A stretch of 64,000 bases of DNA, taken from the NCBI GenBank assembly GCA_013239625.1, contig MU053881.1, positions 9,075,957-9,139,956 of the forward strand, given 5' to 3'. The notes beneath the pieces are model-generated. The model saw only the letters and a list, made by a program, of their open reading frames with translations. It was not told the DNA's origin and searched no databases. Shown here in pieces: positions 52,936 through 64,000 of the stretch. The stretch's first letter is position 1; every line of letters begins with the position of its first letter. A program made the translations under genes and the position numbers. Source of the stretch: Lama guanicoe. Lineage: Eukaryota.

Positions 52936-54329
52936 AAAAAACAAAAACCAACAACAAAAAACAAACAAACAAACAAAACCCAGCTAAATTCCTCAGACAT
53001 TTGTGAGCTTCTTCCAGGTACTCTATAATAAGAAATAATGAAATGACTGATTAACCCTACTATTTTTAAGCACCTATGAAGACTCCACAAAGAGAATTTC
53101 TGACTTTCTAGACATTTTCTCTAACTTTGTGGGATTTTAACATTTAAGTTATTTTCAAAGCCTCTGCCAAACACTGGCAAAACACATTGCTTATAGCAAG
53201 AATATGGATATACCTCCTGCGGTTATATGGGAATGCAATCATTGGCCAAATATTATAAACTATAAGTGTCTTACAGACAGAAACAAAAGCCAAGGTGTTC
53301 AAAACGTCTTGGATCATCAGAATTACTTGTTGAGCTTTGTGAATCCCCCGTCCCACCCTAGGCATGTATGATTCAGGACATCTGAGCCAAAACGTGTTCC
53401 CAAGTCCAAATTTTCCAGCAACCACCTCAAAGAGGAAGACTAATGCGTTACAACACCCATGGTGTTCATAATACAGAAACAAACCAGGTGCTCAGGAAAA
53501 GCCCAACCACTCCTTGTAATAGGAGGAAATTTCTCTCTTGGGATTGAATCAATGAAGCAAAGCAAAATTGCTGCTGGTAATAAAAATACTGCCTTTCACA
53601 TGGGGACCACAATGTGTTCTTTGAGGTATATTTCCAGAGATGGATTTCCATTGAGTAACCAAACCTCTCTTTTGAAGGATTGTACCCATAAGCGGGTATA
53701 GGTTCAATACTTGAGCCATACAAGGTTGTAAATTAATATTCGTGCAAAGATGGAAGGAAAGAAAGAAGAAAGGGATGAAAAAAAGGAAGAGGGGAGGGGA
53801 AGAGGGGAGGAATACAGCTCATCTGCTAAAATTATACTTCCAAGAGCCAAAACCACACAACATTTAGCTTGATTGGCACCACCAATTCAGTTCTGCTCTA
53901 GAAAGATCCCTTCAGCGAACACTTTGAGAGCTTCAAGTGAAACTCTACCTGATGTGATGAAGTCAATTTGCTTGGATTCAATCCAGCGTTTGCCATGTGT
54001 TTTCAAGAGTATTTTGGCTGATTTGCCTCAATTATCCCTGAATGTCTTCTAAGAACTTTCCTCTCCAAATTCCACTCAATTTTCAAGGGCCAATTCAAGT
54101 CTTAACTTTTTTTTTTTCTGGGAGATTATGCTAACAGTTCTAGCCCTAAACACTTCTCCTTTCTCAAAACTTTCTGAACTTGTTAACTGCTGACATGTAC
54201 ATCTTGTCAACCTGACAGCAGTGTAAACTCTTGGAGCAGAGAGGCCACCTCTGACAAACAAAAACCCTCAAATTACTCCCAGAACATACTGAGTTTCTGC
54301 ATTATCACCTTTTCTATGCATGCTTCCAA

Positions 54330-54580
54330 GTATTTATTATATGCATCTGGGTCCCAGATATTTAATTCCAGCTTGCACTTCTACCTTGAGCTGTCCCTTG
54401 TGAGACGTCTTCCTTCACCTGGGTGTCACCAACGCCTCAAACTCCAAACTTCCATCTCCTCCTAGACTTGCTCTTGCACCAATGACCTTTATTACATATC
54501 CTAGAAACCCTGCAAGTATCCTCAGTGTCACCCTCTATTAGCGTCCTGCTTGCAATGTATAAACTGTCAATTTTAGCCTC
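54330..54580 (+). mobile_element. L2 fragment
   Basis: tcccagatatttaattccag...cacctgggtgtcaccaacgcctcaaactc...ctagaaaccctgcaagtatcctc. Confidence 0.55.
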
Positions 54581-54810
54581 AGAAAATGACACAGGATAAC
54601 GGGAAGGTAATCACACTATCAAGCAATAAAATGTTTGGCAAGCCATGTTAACTTCTATTTGCTTTTCATCAATGTTGATCAAGAGTAGGGTATTTCAAAA
54701 AAAAAAAAAAGAGTAGAGCGTTCCCCTTCACAGAGTATGTTTTTAAATATGTAGAGTAAAAATAGATTTTATAGTGTCTGCTTCGTGTTGGGCACTATGC
54801 TGGACACTTT

Positions 54811-54862
54811 ACACACATACACATACACACACACACACGTGTGTGTGTGTGCATGTGCGCAT
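54811..54862. repeat. (CA)n-(GT)n inverted microsatellite
   Basis: Perfect 26-bp palindrome 54826-54851 centred on CACGTG. Confidence 0.9.
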
Positions 54863-55519
54863 CACCTCTACTGAGTCCCAGTGAAAAAAAGGGGCTGCTT
54901 GGAAAGTGAAGGGTGAAAAGCTTAATCACTTCAGGACTCGTAATTGGTTTATTTCTCTCAGCTGGGTGGATTTAAATATGGCTCCGGTGGGTGGCTGTCT
55001 TACAAATATGTATTAAAAAGCTGATTTGACATGTAATGCTGAGTAGATTTATTGATTCTCTACTCCAGTGTCACTTTGGCATTTTATTACATTGATATGC
55101 ATTTCCCTATTTTGTAACAGGCCAATTTGTTCACACAGGATATGGAATGATTTTTCTCGAAAGGCTTCCTCTTCCATGTGGCGTTACCCAGGGTATCTGG
55201 AGCCAGGCTGCTCTGCCGCCCGATGCTGTCATGATCGGGAGGACTAGCGTTGTGTGTACAGAGCAAAGTCTTTCCATTTCACTCTCCTTCTAGAGCTTTC
55301 TCGGGACCCCCACTTGGGAGCTGAGGGGCTGGGTAAGGCGACACAGGGGTGCTGTTGAAAACCCCGCTTCACCACTGCAGAAGCGAGACAGCAGAGTTGG
55401 ACCCACTCGCAGTCACTTCTCTGGCGGTGAACAGACCACCAGACTAGACAAGGATGTGCGGAATGTATTCCACACACCAGGCACCACGGAAGGTGTGCTC
55501 AGGGTCGAACATGAGCAGA

Positions 55520-56630
55520 ACTGTTCCATCTTCCAACCTCACAGGCCCCATAATCAAAAGAAAGGAGCAGATGATAATCAGATGGATGCATAATTATAAT
55601 CCACAACCTGGGTTATGAAACAGAAGGCCAAAGAGTGTGTGATAGGCCTCCTGACCTAGTCTGGGGTGGTGGGGCATTGGAGGGGTCTAGGGGAGAGCTC
55701 TTTTAAGGAAGCCAAGTTTGAAGCAAAGTCTAAGTTAGTTTTTTTTTCTTTTCTTCAGTTGCCTTTAACCTTTAATTTTTAAGATAACAAAAATCTTCAT
55801 ATTTTCAATGAAACATAAAGAGCCTTTCTTCCAGGAGAGAAACATTACAACCAACCTACTAAGCAATTTTGTATTTGAGGGATGGAGGATAAACAACTAT
55901 ATAGTTTGGAAAAAGATTCTATAAATGCAATCAAACAAGGAAAGCAAACTTACACAGACCGTATGGAAAGACGTTCCTGTTCATAACAGACACCTGTAAT
56001 ATATCTGGGATCAATAAACAGCACTGATGTGTACCCAACTTTTCAATCTCAGTAGCTGGTAACATATGTGACAATTTATTATTTTGACTTGCTGGAATAT
56101 TACTGTGCAAATGTACATGTGGTTTTAAGAAAATATTATAGAGAAGTTAATAAGTAAAGACTAAGGAGGTGAGGTGTGGGGAGACCGTTCTCAGAACATG
56201 AGATGAACCTAAGATGGGAAGAGGAAATGCTAATCAGAAGAAAAAGGAAGAAGGTCCCTGGGCAGGTGCTCAGAGACTAAGGTGAGTCATATGAAGAGTA
56301 AGGGGCCAGGCTTTCTAGACCACGTTAAGCAGTTTGGTCTCTATTCTAATGACAACTGGAAGCTCCTCCTGAGTGATTTAAAAAGGTACAATACAAGTAC
56401 AATGATCCCATTTCTATTTTGAAATGACTGCTCCAACTGCGAGGTAGAGAAGTGACTGGCAGGGTTATGCGGACTCAGGGAGACCAGCTGGTGCTCCAGC
56501 GAGCATCCCTGTGAGAGCTGATGGTGACCTGAATGGAGCAGCAGCTCTGAACCTGAAGTGCAGAGGAGATAGAACGATATTTAGAAGGTGAATCTATCAG
56601 AACTTGATGGCAGGTAGAATCGAGGAATGA
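55520..56630 (-). mobile_element. L2 element interrupted by a ~400-bp insertion
   Basis: cctgacctagtctgggg...aaggaagccaagtttgaag; resumes aagttaataagtaaag...ggggccaggc...tatttagaaggtgaatctatcagaacttgatg. Confidence 0.75.
55740..56143 (-). pseudogene. Orphan polyadenylated retrocopy (mRNA 3' UTR-like or orphan transduction), parent unknown
   Basis: Poly(T) 55739-55755; minus-strand ATTAAA at 55771-55776; imperfect TSD aagttagt/aagttaat; non-repeat-like body. Confidence 0.6.
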
Positions 56631-56859
56631 TGGAGAAGAAAACAAAAGCCATGCCTAGAAGCCACTTGACCCTTTGTAGAATGACAAAAGTTCTCATCTG
56701 TATTTTAAACTTTGCCATTAGTAATTTACTTCTTTGTTCTCAGCACTGGCATCCTCTCCTTAAAAATGTTAATACTCATGTAAGCTGTAACCTAATGGGT
56801 ACCCATGTCTTTGGAGTGACTGTATGTTATCATTGATCCAGCAATGAGCTAGGGCAGAG

Positions 56860-57080
56860 GGCCAGGGTGCAGCTATGTGGACAAGGGAGTCAGACAGGCT
56901 GGAGTTCAGTGTCTAGATCTTAATTCCTAGCCTTGGGCAATCGTCCCACCTCTCTGCACTGTACTTGCCCCATCTGTAAAATGGGCACTGTAATGCACAC
57001 GTCACAAGTTAGTTATGAGAGTTAAATGAAGTGCTTGGAACAGTAGTAGAAATATGATAAATGCTCAGTAAAAGCCAGCT
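56860..57080 (+). mobile_element. MIR SINE
   Basis: ggagtcagacaggctggagttca...ccttgggcaa...ccccatctgtaaaatggg...ataaatgctcagtaaa. Confidence 0.85.
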
Positions 57081-57084
57081 CATT

Positions 57085-57655
57085 TCTGCCTTCAAAGGCT
57101 CCCCATTGGAAGGTAGTCATAAATTCTGTCCAATGCCATGGTGATGCCTAGAAGACCATAAACAGTCTGGCTGCCTCCCACATCATCTTCTGTCCTGTCC
57201 TCTTTGCTTTCTCCACTTCAGCCATGTCCAACTTCTTTCTGTCTTTGGACCCACCAAGGGAGGTCCTAAGATAGGACTGTAGCATTGCTGTAGCAATGAG
57301 ACCCTCCAGATCTTCCCATAGCTGGCACCCTTTCATTGTTCAAGCCTTGGCACAAGGGTCTCACTCTCAGGGAGGCCCACCCTGACCATCTTCTATGAAG
57401 CAGCCCCATTCATGCCATCCCCTACTCTGTTACTTCACTGTATTTTCCTCATAGCCCAGATCGCTCGCTGAAGTTACTGTGTTTGTTTTCTTCCCAAGCT
57501 TACCAGTGGTCTTTCCCAACTACAAGGCTGGCAAGCCAGAGGCGGGGTGGGGGTGGGGGTCTCCTCTGTCTGACACCCCAAACAGCTGCAATAGTGTCTG
57601 GCACCTAGTAAGCACCCAGCGAACAGCTGACGAATGGATGAGTCCATGAATCAAT
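57085..57655 (+). mobile_element. L2a-type 3' end
   Basis: ctcagggaggcccaccctgacca...aatagtgtctggcacctagtaagcacccagcgaac...gaatggatga. Confidence 0.8.
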
Positions 57656-58539
57656 TACAAACGCAAGTACTATGAAAGAGAAGCAATCTCTGCCAGTGAT
57701 CCAAAACCCTGTTGGGGCTACAGGGGGATGCTGGGGGGCACCTTCTCAGATGGACTGAAAGAAAGATCCATCCCCTTCATCATGTTGCCTCTGGAGGAGA
57801 TTTCCCACCCCGGGGTTCTCCCAGCAGAGAAAAGCTGCTCGCAGACACAGCTCCGTGTATTTCTGCCTTGCTAATGTCCCCATGAGTACTAATACTCTTA
57901 GAACAGCATTCCTAGAACACAGTTCCGTTTGCCTTTAAATATATAAAAAGGTGATTACATTTTAGATGACACACGTCTGAGGAAGTGTGGGGCTTTCATC
58001 TGAGGTCTGCTGAGACTAGTGCTCACTGACATCAGCTACATCGCCTGGACCGTCTAAGCTGCCCCAGGGGATGGACATGGACTTCCCACAGCAACGTCCC
58101 ATTTCTCTCTCTTCTTTTCTTAAAATTTTACATAGAAACCGAATCGCAACAAGATGTAACAAGCAGTGCATTTCTGGGTGATTATAACACACCCTGGGTG
58201 GTGTCACAAAGCACCAGAAGTGCAATAATTTCCCCAAATCCCAGGGAGATTTGTTGCCTTAATGCGGTTGACTTTCTCTATAACAACGAGAAAACCAGAT
58301 GTATGTATTTACTGGACGCTGCAAAGGTGAGCGTGGAATGTTATTATCACCCCATCAGTAAGCCTTGAAAGTGTTCAGAGTCTGCAAACACCATCCTGGT
58401 TTATGTTCTAGTGTGAAGTCAATTCATGTACTTGCTCGGTCCTGGTTCTATGGTATGATACCAATCAACTGAAAAATGTATACCAACCAGGCATGCACAT
58501 CAGATTTAAGCAGATGGAATGTAAAAGTATAATGATTAA

Positions 58540-58740
58540 ATACTAATAGTTAACATTTACACTCTTCAGAACATGCCAGGTGCTTTACCATGAGTTACTT
58601 CATTTAATGCTCAAAAGAACAAATACGTTTAGCATCCGCATTCTTACAGATAAAGAGACTGAGGCTTATGTCACTTAGGAAATTCACCCAAGGTCACACA
58701 TCTAGAAAGAGGGAAACCAGGATTTAAACCTAGGTCTCTC
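58540..58740 (-). mobile_element. MIR SINE
   Basis: tgccaggtgcttta...catttaatgctca...ttacagataaagagactgaggct...cccaaggtcacacatctag...ggatttaaacctagg. Confidence 0.85.
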
Positions 58741-58834
58741 TTTCTCTCTCAGTCTCTTTTACTTTCTCCTTTTCTCTCTCATTCTCCTGGAAGTGAAAAT
58801 TCTAACACTAAACCATCTGGTCTGATTCAACATC

Positions 58835-59000
58835 CTGTTCTACCCCTGGGATGCGATACGACCTTGGATCTCTAAGGCCAAATTTTCTAATGTGGTAAAC
58901 GGTGAAGATAAAAGGGTTTACTTCACGGAGTGTTTTGAGGGTTAATACGGCAGAGTACCGCACCTCTAGAAAGTGTTCAATAAATAATGATGATTATCCA
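58835..59000 (+). mobile_element. MIR fragment
   Basis: gaccttggatctctaaggcc...ttacttcacggagtgttttgagggttaa...gtgttcaataaat. Confidence 0.6.
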
Positions 59001-59169
59001 TTATCAGTACTTTATGCAAAGCTCTATGCCAGGTTCAACAGTAAAGATCCAATGACACAAACCTCCTTTTAGGTGGTTGATGATACATTTGGAACACAAC
59101 ACAAGCAGTACACAGCTTAAAAAAAAAATCAATGAGTAATAAGAGGGAAAAGAGAAATGGCCAGGTACA

Positions 59170-59405
59170 GAAATGGTAGTGGTAATAACACTGTGCTCAA
59201 GGCTTTGTCTCTGCTTACTTAACCCCCATTGCGTGCCTAAAAAGCAGGCACCATTACCTCCTGTTTACAAATGAAACTCAGGCCTGAGAGGTCATTTGTT
59301 TAAGATCATACAATTAGCAAGTGATGGATGTAGCATGTAAAGCCAGGCCAGCTCACTTTCCAGCCTACGTTCTCTAAGCCACCTGGTACCACGTGCGCCA
59401 TACTG
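59170..59405 (-). mobile_element. MIR SINE
   Basis: attacctcctgtttacaaatgaaactcaggcctgagaggtcatttgtttaagatcatacaattagcaagtg. Confidence 0.7.
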
Positions 59406-59449
59406 CTTCCCACCGTCACAGGGACTCAGAGGTGGAGGGGATCCGTGTG

Positions 59450-59920
59450 TATGAGGAAGAGAAGGATGTTTTAGAAACGAGGAGGTGTTGACTGGCCCCG
59501 GTAGTAAGATTTTCAGGAGGTAGAACACCACCATGGGAGGAGAAATACCAGGTCATGAATGAAGAGGGAAGAGCATGCAAGGCGTAACACCGCGAGGGAA
59601 GATGACAGAACCCAGAGTGGGAAACGTAAGGACAACTAGACCAGGGAGGGCCTTAAATGCTAAGATGCAGCTCTTGGGTGTCAGTCCAACAAATGATGAA
59701 GGGACCAACCCCTTTAAACTCCACAAACAACTCAGGCCCTTGAGTAGGGCAGTGAGAAGATGCAAGTCTTTGGAAACAATCTGTACGGCAGGAACATGCA
59801 AGATGGAGAAGAAAAAGTCACTTAGGAGCTTTCTGAAGAAAACTCAACGTGAGGGACAAAGACCTGAATGCAGCGGTAGAAGTAAGAGCTGGAAGATGAA
59901 TGCAGATGAGCTGCGGTAAG
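59450..59920 (-). mobile_element. L2 fragment
   Basis: gactggccccggtag...accagggagggccttaaatgctaagatgc...ttaggagctttctgaagaaaactcaacgtgag. Confidence 0.55.
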
Positions 59921-60329
59921 CCAGGTTTCAGTGTTTCCAGGGCAGCCTTCTGAGGGCTAGGGTTGTGTGTTAAACTTCTTCTAAAGCCTGGGCGCAGAAA
60001 TCTGTGGTGGAGAGCGTGATCGGCATCTAAGACACCCTTGTTCTGATCGTCCTTATTTTGTGTAACACCTACAGATTCTTGTCCGCAGCCTATTCAAAAT
60101 AATGTGGCTCTCTAAATGTTACTAGGATAAGGTCAGATAATAAAGGGTGGTGGTGGAGCAAGGATGAGCTCCCTGTCTTGAGGAATCAAAGTCTTATAAA
60201 GGTTTACTGGGGTGCATCAATTATACACCTTGGGGATCCTAAGGTTGCTGGGAAAACGATTGTCAGAACTAGTCTCCTTTTTTTTTTTTTTTTTTGCAGG
60301 GTAGTATCAACAGGTAAACTCCAGCATCT

Positions 60330-60900
60330 GGCTCCTACATTGTTAATGGGGTCCCGCCATTTCTCTTTCAAAGCAAACTCATATACTGAGTTATCAGTGG
60401 CCAGATGAAATCCAGTTAATAGCTGAAACTGCTGTTTTCTTTAGTGTGCTACCTGATCTCTTTTTAACAAGCCTTACTTACTGGGGTAATTGCACTGAAT
60501 TCAATCCATTATCTATGGATTAATTCATTAGGGTGGTTTAAACTTTGGGAAAATGGATGCGTTTTAACAGCCCTCCCCTCAATTCCACAAATTGACACTG
60601 TAAAACAAGCCTGTGCCATTTTTATGGAGGCACCAATTCGTGAAATAAAAATCAATGAAGACATTTCCTTTCCAAGCCCTACTGTCATTGTTATGCTCCC
60701 CTGGTTGCATGGAAAGCCTTTGGGTAAAAGGAGGACAACTCTAATCGGAAAGACAGTCATTGTCTTCGGAAAGCGTGAACAATGCGTTTCTGGGCCGCTG
60801 CCCTTCCCACCGGAACAGCCCCTCGCCCCTCGTGTTACCGCCTCGCGGGGACACAGCTACAGACCCAGAGTCACAGGCAGTCAGGGCGCTGGTGTGGGGA
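60330..60900. promoter_or_regulatory. Candidate enhancer: AT-rich motif block followed by a CpG-rich patch
   Basis: TTCAAAG 60367, TAATTG, TTTATGG 60621, CATTGTT 60686, CpG cluster 60760-60890; inferred only. Confidence 0.35.
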
Positions 60901-61031
60901 AAGTGCCTAGAAGCCTAGAAGGAGCCTTTTCTGAAAGCTGACTAAGGTTATCATGAGAGTCAGGGATCTCCTTTTTTAACGTCATCCTTTACAAGTGATT
61001 TTAGTCGGTGAATAGATTCGGTTAAGTGTGG

Positions 61032-61219
61032 CAGTGCTTCCCAAACACTGTTGTGGCTCGTTTTGTCCGAATCACCTAGAGCTTTAAAAACAGTAACAAT
61101 TCTCATGGCCCCATTCCCCAGAATCTGTGACTTAGGAGATCTGGGCTGGTGGCCAGGGAATCTTTATTTTTGAAAGCTTCAGGTTAGCCAGATGCAAAAC
61201 CCATGTTTATAAACCACTG
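61032..61219. mobile_element. MER5-like element
   Basis: cagtgcttcccaaac...gaatcacctagagcttt...gggaatctttattttt...gtttataaaccactg with terminal inverted ends. Confidence 0.75.
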
Positions 61220-61571
61220 ACCTAGTCATGTTATTGTTTTCTATTAAAAAATAGCCACTTAACCAAATGAGTAGGGAAGACTGGGGTTGTTTTATATATA
61301 AGGCTAATAAGTGGTTTTAATTTCATTAAATACGTCAAGGAAGCTGGGAGGCAAGACAGAAACACATAGTATGAAAAATCACATAATATCGTCCAACCTG
61401 AAACCATTCTGTGTGCCTGGAAGAACCTTGCCTCACACAGTGGCCTTCTGATCACATCTTAAGACTGACCAAAAAAAAGAAAAAAGAAAAAAAACCCCAC
61501 AAATACTGATCATTTACTCTAATTTGTGGAATATACAAGTATTATAAAAGTTAGAAACTACAGGAATATCA

Positions 61572-62111
61572 TGTGGTTGTTTTAAAATACATTGACAATT
61601 TTTTTCATGCTTATTCCTTCCAAAGGCAGAACCCAATCTCTTTCCCCTTGAATGTGGGCTGGACTCAGTGACTCCCTTCTAATGAATAGAATGCACAGAT
61701 ATAACAGTGGATCCCAAGGCTGGGTCACAAAAGAGACTGTTCCTTCCTCTCTCTTGGGCTCCTGCTTTTGGGGAAGAAAGATGCCATGTTATAAGGGCTT
61801 TCAAATAACCTGTGTAGGAACCTGAGCAGAAAAGAACTTTGGCTTCCACCCAAGAGTCAGCACCAACATGCTAGTCTTGTGAATAATCTATGTAGGAAAC
61901 AGATCCTCCAGCACCAGCAGAGTCTTTAGGTGCTGCACGTGGGGCCACACATCTTCACTGCGACCTCACGAGAGGTCTTGAGCCAGAACTGTCTAATTAA
62001 TTCACTCCCAAATTTCTGACCCACAAAAACTGCAATTATTAAATGTTTATTATTATTTTAAGCCACCAAATTTGGGAATAATTTGTTATATGGCAAGAGA
62101 TAACTGATACA
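61572..62111 (+). mobile_element. MaLR solo LTR (MLT1F-like)
   Basis: tgtggttg...ccccttgaatgtgggctggact.agtgact...gatcctccagc...ttaagccaccaaatttggga.taatttgttat...agataactgataca. Confidence 0.88.
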
Positions 62112-63187
62112 CCTGAGAAGATGTTGCTTATCTCACCCACATTTTTTACCTCTACCTTTATTTGTTCCTTATCTGAGATCCAAGACACATAAAAAAGATC
62201 TCCCTCACACATATCAGTAAATATTTCATAACTCATAAGCACCGTTGTAAGTATAGTCCCTGAAAAAACTAGTTAAGTAATGGTTAAACAATACAGTTTT
62301 GGATGACTTCACTGAGGTGGTACATGATAATAAAACAGTGAAGGACTAAAAGATAAATCTGAATAGTAGGAGAGACTTTAATCAGGAAAATGGTTCTTGC
62401 ATCTTACAAAGCCACACCATAACACAAGGAATTAAACTTATGGGTAGTAACAGGCAGCCCCAGTTGTCATTGTGAAAAATCATCTTAATCCCAGCTCTAC
62501 AAACATTTTTCGAAGAGCAAATGAGGAAGAGCAGTGGCTAGGACTAGAATACAGGTGGTGAAGATGAACCTGCACCCCTGCAAAAAGGCAGTGGGAGAGC
62601 CCTCTCTGTTTTGGGTAAACTGGCCATGATTCAAGGCAGTGATTCCCTAAATGAGGCCATGAGGAATGGAACACTGAAAATCAGCAAATAAGAGGGTGAA
62701 CAGTGAAATAAGATGGGTTTTAATGCAAGAAGCACCTTGTTTTACAGCTCTCCATCTAACATTATGTATCTGCAGATAAACACTTCCGCTAAGGGCTTAG
62801 TAATGAGATGACAGAATATATTTTGTCATCCCCAACAAACGTTCTTGTTACGAAGTCCGAAGTTAAAAAAAAAATGCCATTAGCTGTTGTTAAAGAGAAA
62901 TTTCTGAATCCAGAACTCTTAAATGACACAGTCAAATATCTGAGGCCCAGACACTCTTTTTAGCTGGGTAAGTAAAATTTTATAACAGGATTTTGTCTTT
63001 GGGGAGGATAAAAAGGAGCATAAAAGTTATACAGTAAATGTTGGCAAATAAAACATGAAAATCACCTAACTTTTAAATAATTATTAAAATCTCCCAAAGG
63101 AGGTAGAATTTATTTGGTTATTCAGGGGGGTTTAGAAAGAAATAGAATCAAAATAATCAGCTGCTCCTCTAGTATCTCCACCTGTTA

Positions 63188-63350
63188 CACCCCCCACACA
63201 CACACATACAAGCAAAGCACACACAACAGACATACAACACCTCCTCCCACCTCATACACACACAACCAGTACACACATCATCTACATATACTAACAGCCA
63301 ACACACAAACACACAAACACACTCCCCCCATACTTAGCAGTTACACAAAC
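63188..63350. repeat. CA-rich low-complexity tract
   Basis: Direct read. Confidence 0.85.
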
Positions 63351-64000
63351 AGGAAAATGGATGGAGGCACTGCAACAGAAGATCAACCTCAGAGTTAGTC
63401 TTGCCAGGATTCCTTAGGGCCATGAGGGAAGCAGCCAGGTACGAGGCAGCTGTGGGGAGTGGGGAGTGCACTTATCTAAAGGCATTCAAATTCAACTAAA
63501 AACATCACTCTGCTGGCTGAACAAAACCCTGTTGGCTATGATGTAGCCTGCAGACTGCCAGACTGCAATAATGTCAGGTTTGGTGGCAAACACGGGGTTA
63601 AAGAGGAAATTAAAATGCACCAGCTCAGTTGACTAGAGGTGCTGGAAGTGAGTCTGAAAAAAGGTAAAAAAAAAAAAAAAATTAAAAAACTCTCGTGTGT
63701 TTTTGGAAATGATAAAGAGAAACTAGACAAGCTGGGAAAAGGAGGTTCAATCATTCCTAGTAATTTTCGGCAGAGATTATGCCATTGAACAATGGAACAG
63801 CAGAAACGGTAATAAGTAGAAGTCTGTATTAGAAAGTGAAACAAATACAGTCTCATGTTTTCAGGGGAGGATGAGGGGACTGCATCAAATAATCTGCGTT
63901 CGAAACAGTTGGCTGTGGAGCAAGAAACAGCAGCCCTATTCCTTGGGCGAGGAGCCCAAAAGCCAATCTTCCACTCCTGCCATCTCACGCAGCATCTTCT

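Noticed and set aside
60686..60700. SOX2-OCT4 composite motif (CATTGTTATGCTCCC)
   Set aside because: The octamer half matches only ATGC
1..64000. All supplied ORFs (60-177 aa) as protein-coding genes
   Set aside because: Short, many begin at non-ATG codons, no recognisable domains, many overlap repeats, and no consistent exon chain
1..64000. CRISPR arrays, operons or other prokaryotic/viral systems
   Set aside because: No regularly spaced repeats or gene-dense tracts; the sequence is dominated by mammalian interspersed repeats

Overview
Non-coding mammalian genomic DNA, most likely a camelid (camel/alpaca/llama). The taxon is inferred from a tRNA-derived Vic-1-type SINE and cetartiodactyl-type L1 3' ends, and I see no Alu, Bov-A/BovB or PRE-1. 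I find no credible protein-coding exon, RNA gene or prokaryote-type system. The supplied ORFs are short and are either chance ORFs or decayed L1 remnants. The window reads as a large intron or intergenic region packed with ancient repeats (MIR, L2, L1M, MER5, MER58, MER81/94, MLT1, LTR16-like) and a few younger insertions. Repeat-poor, homeodomain-motif-rich blocks in the right third look like conserved enhancers. The most notable observations are: (1) a composite L1 insertion with 5' inversion and an apparent 3' transduction under one target-site duplication (47.8-48.5 kb); (2) an orphan polyadenylated retrocopy inside an L2 (55.7-56.15 kb); (3) a MER41-like solo LTR carrying a canonical GAS/STAT site (32.05-32.64 kb); (4) a short interstitial telomeric repeat; (5) a 58-nt pre-miRNA-sized hairpin. 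Repeat families were recognised by eye against remembered consensus sequences, so boundaries are approximate. I could not identify the host locus and do not claim a novel biological system.
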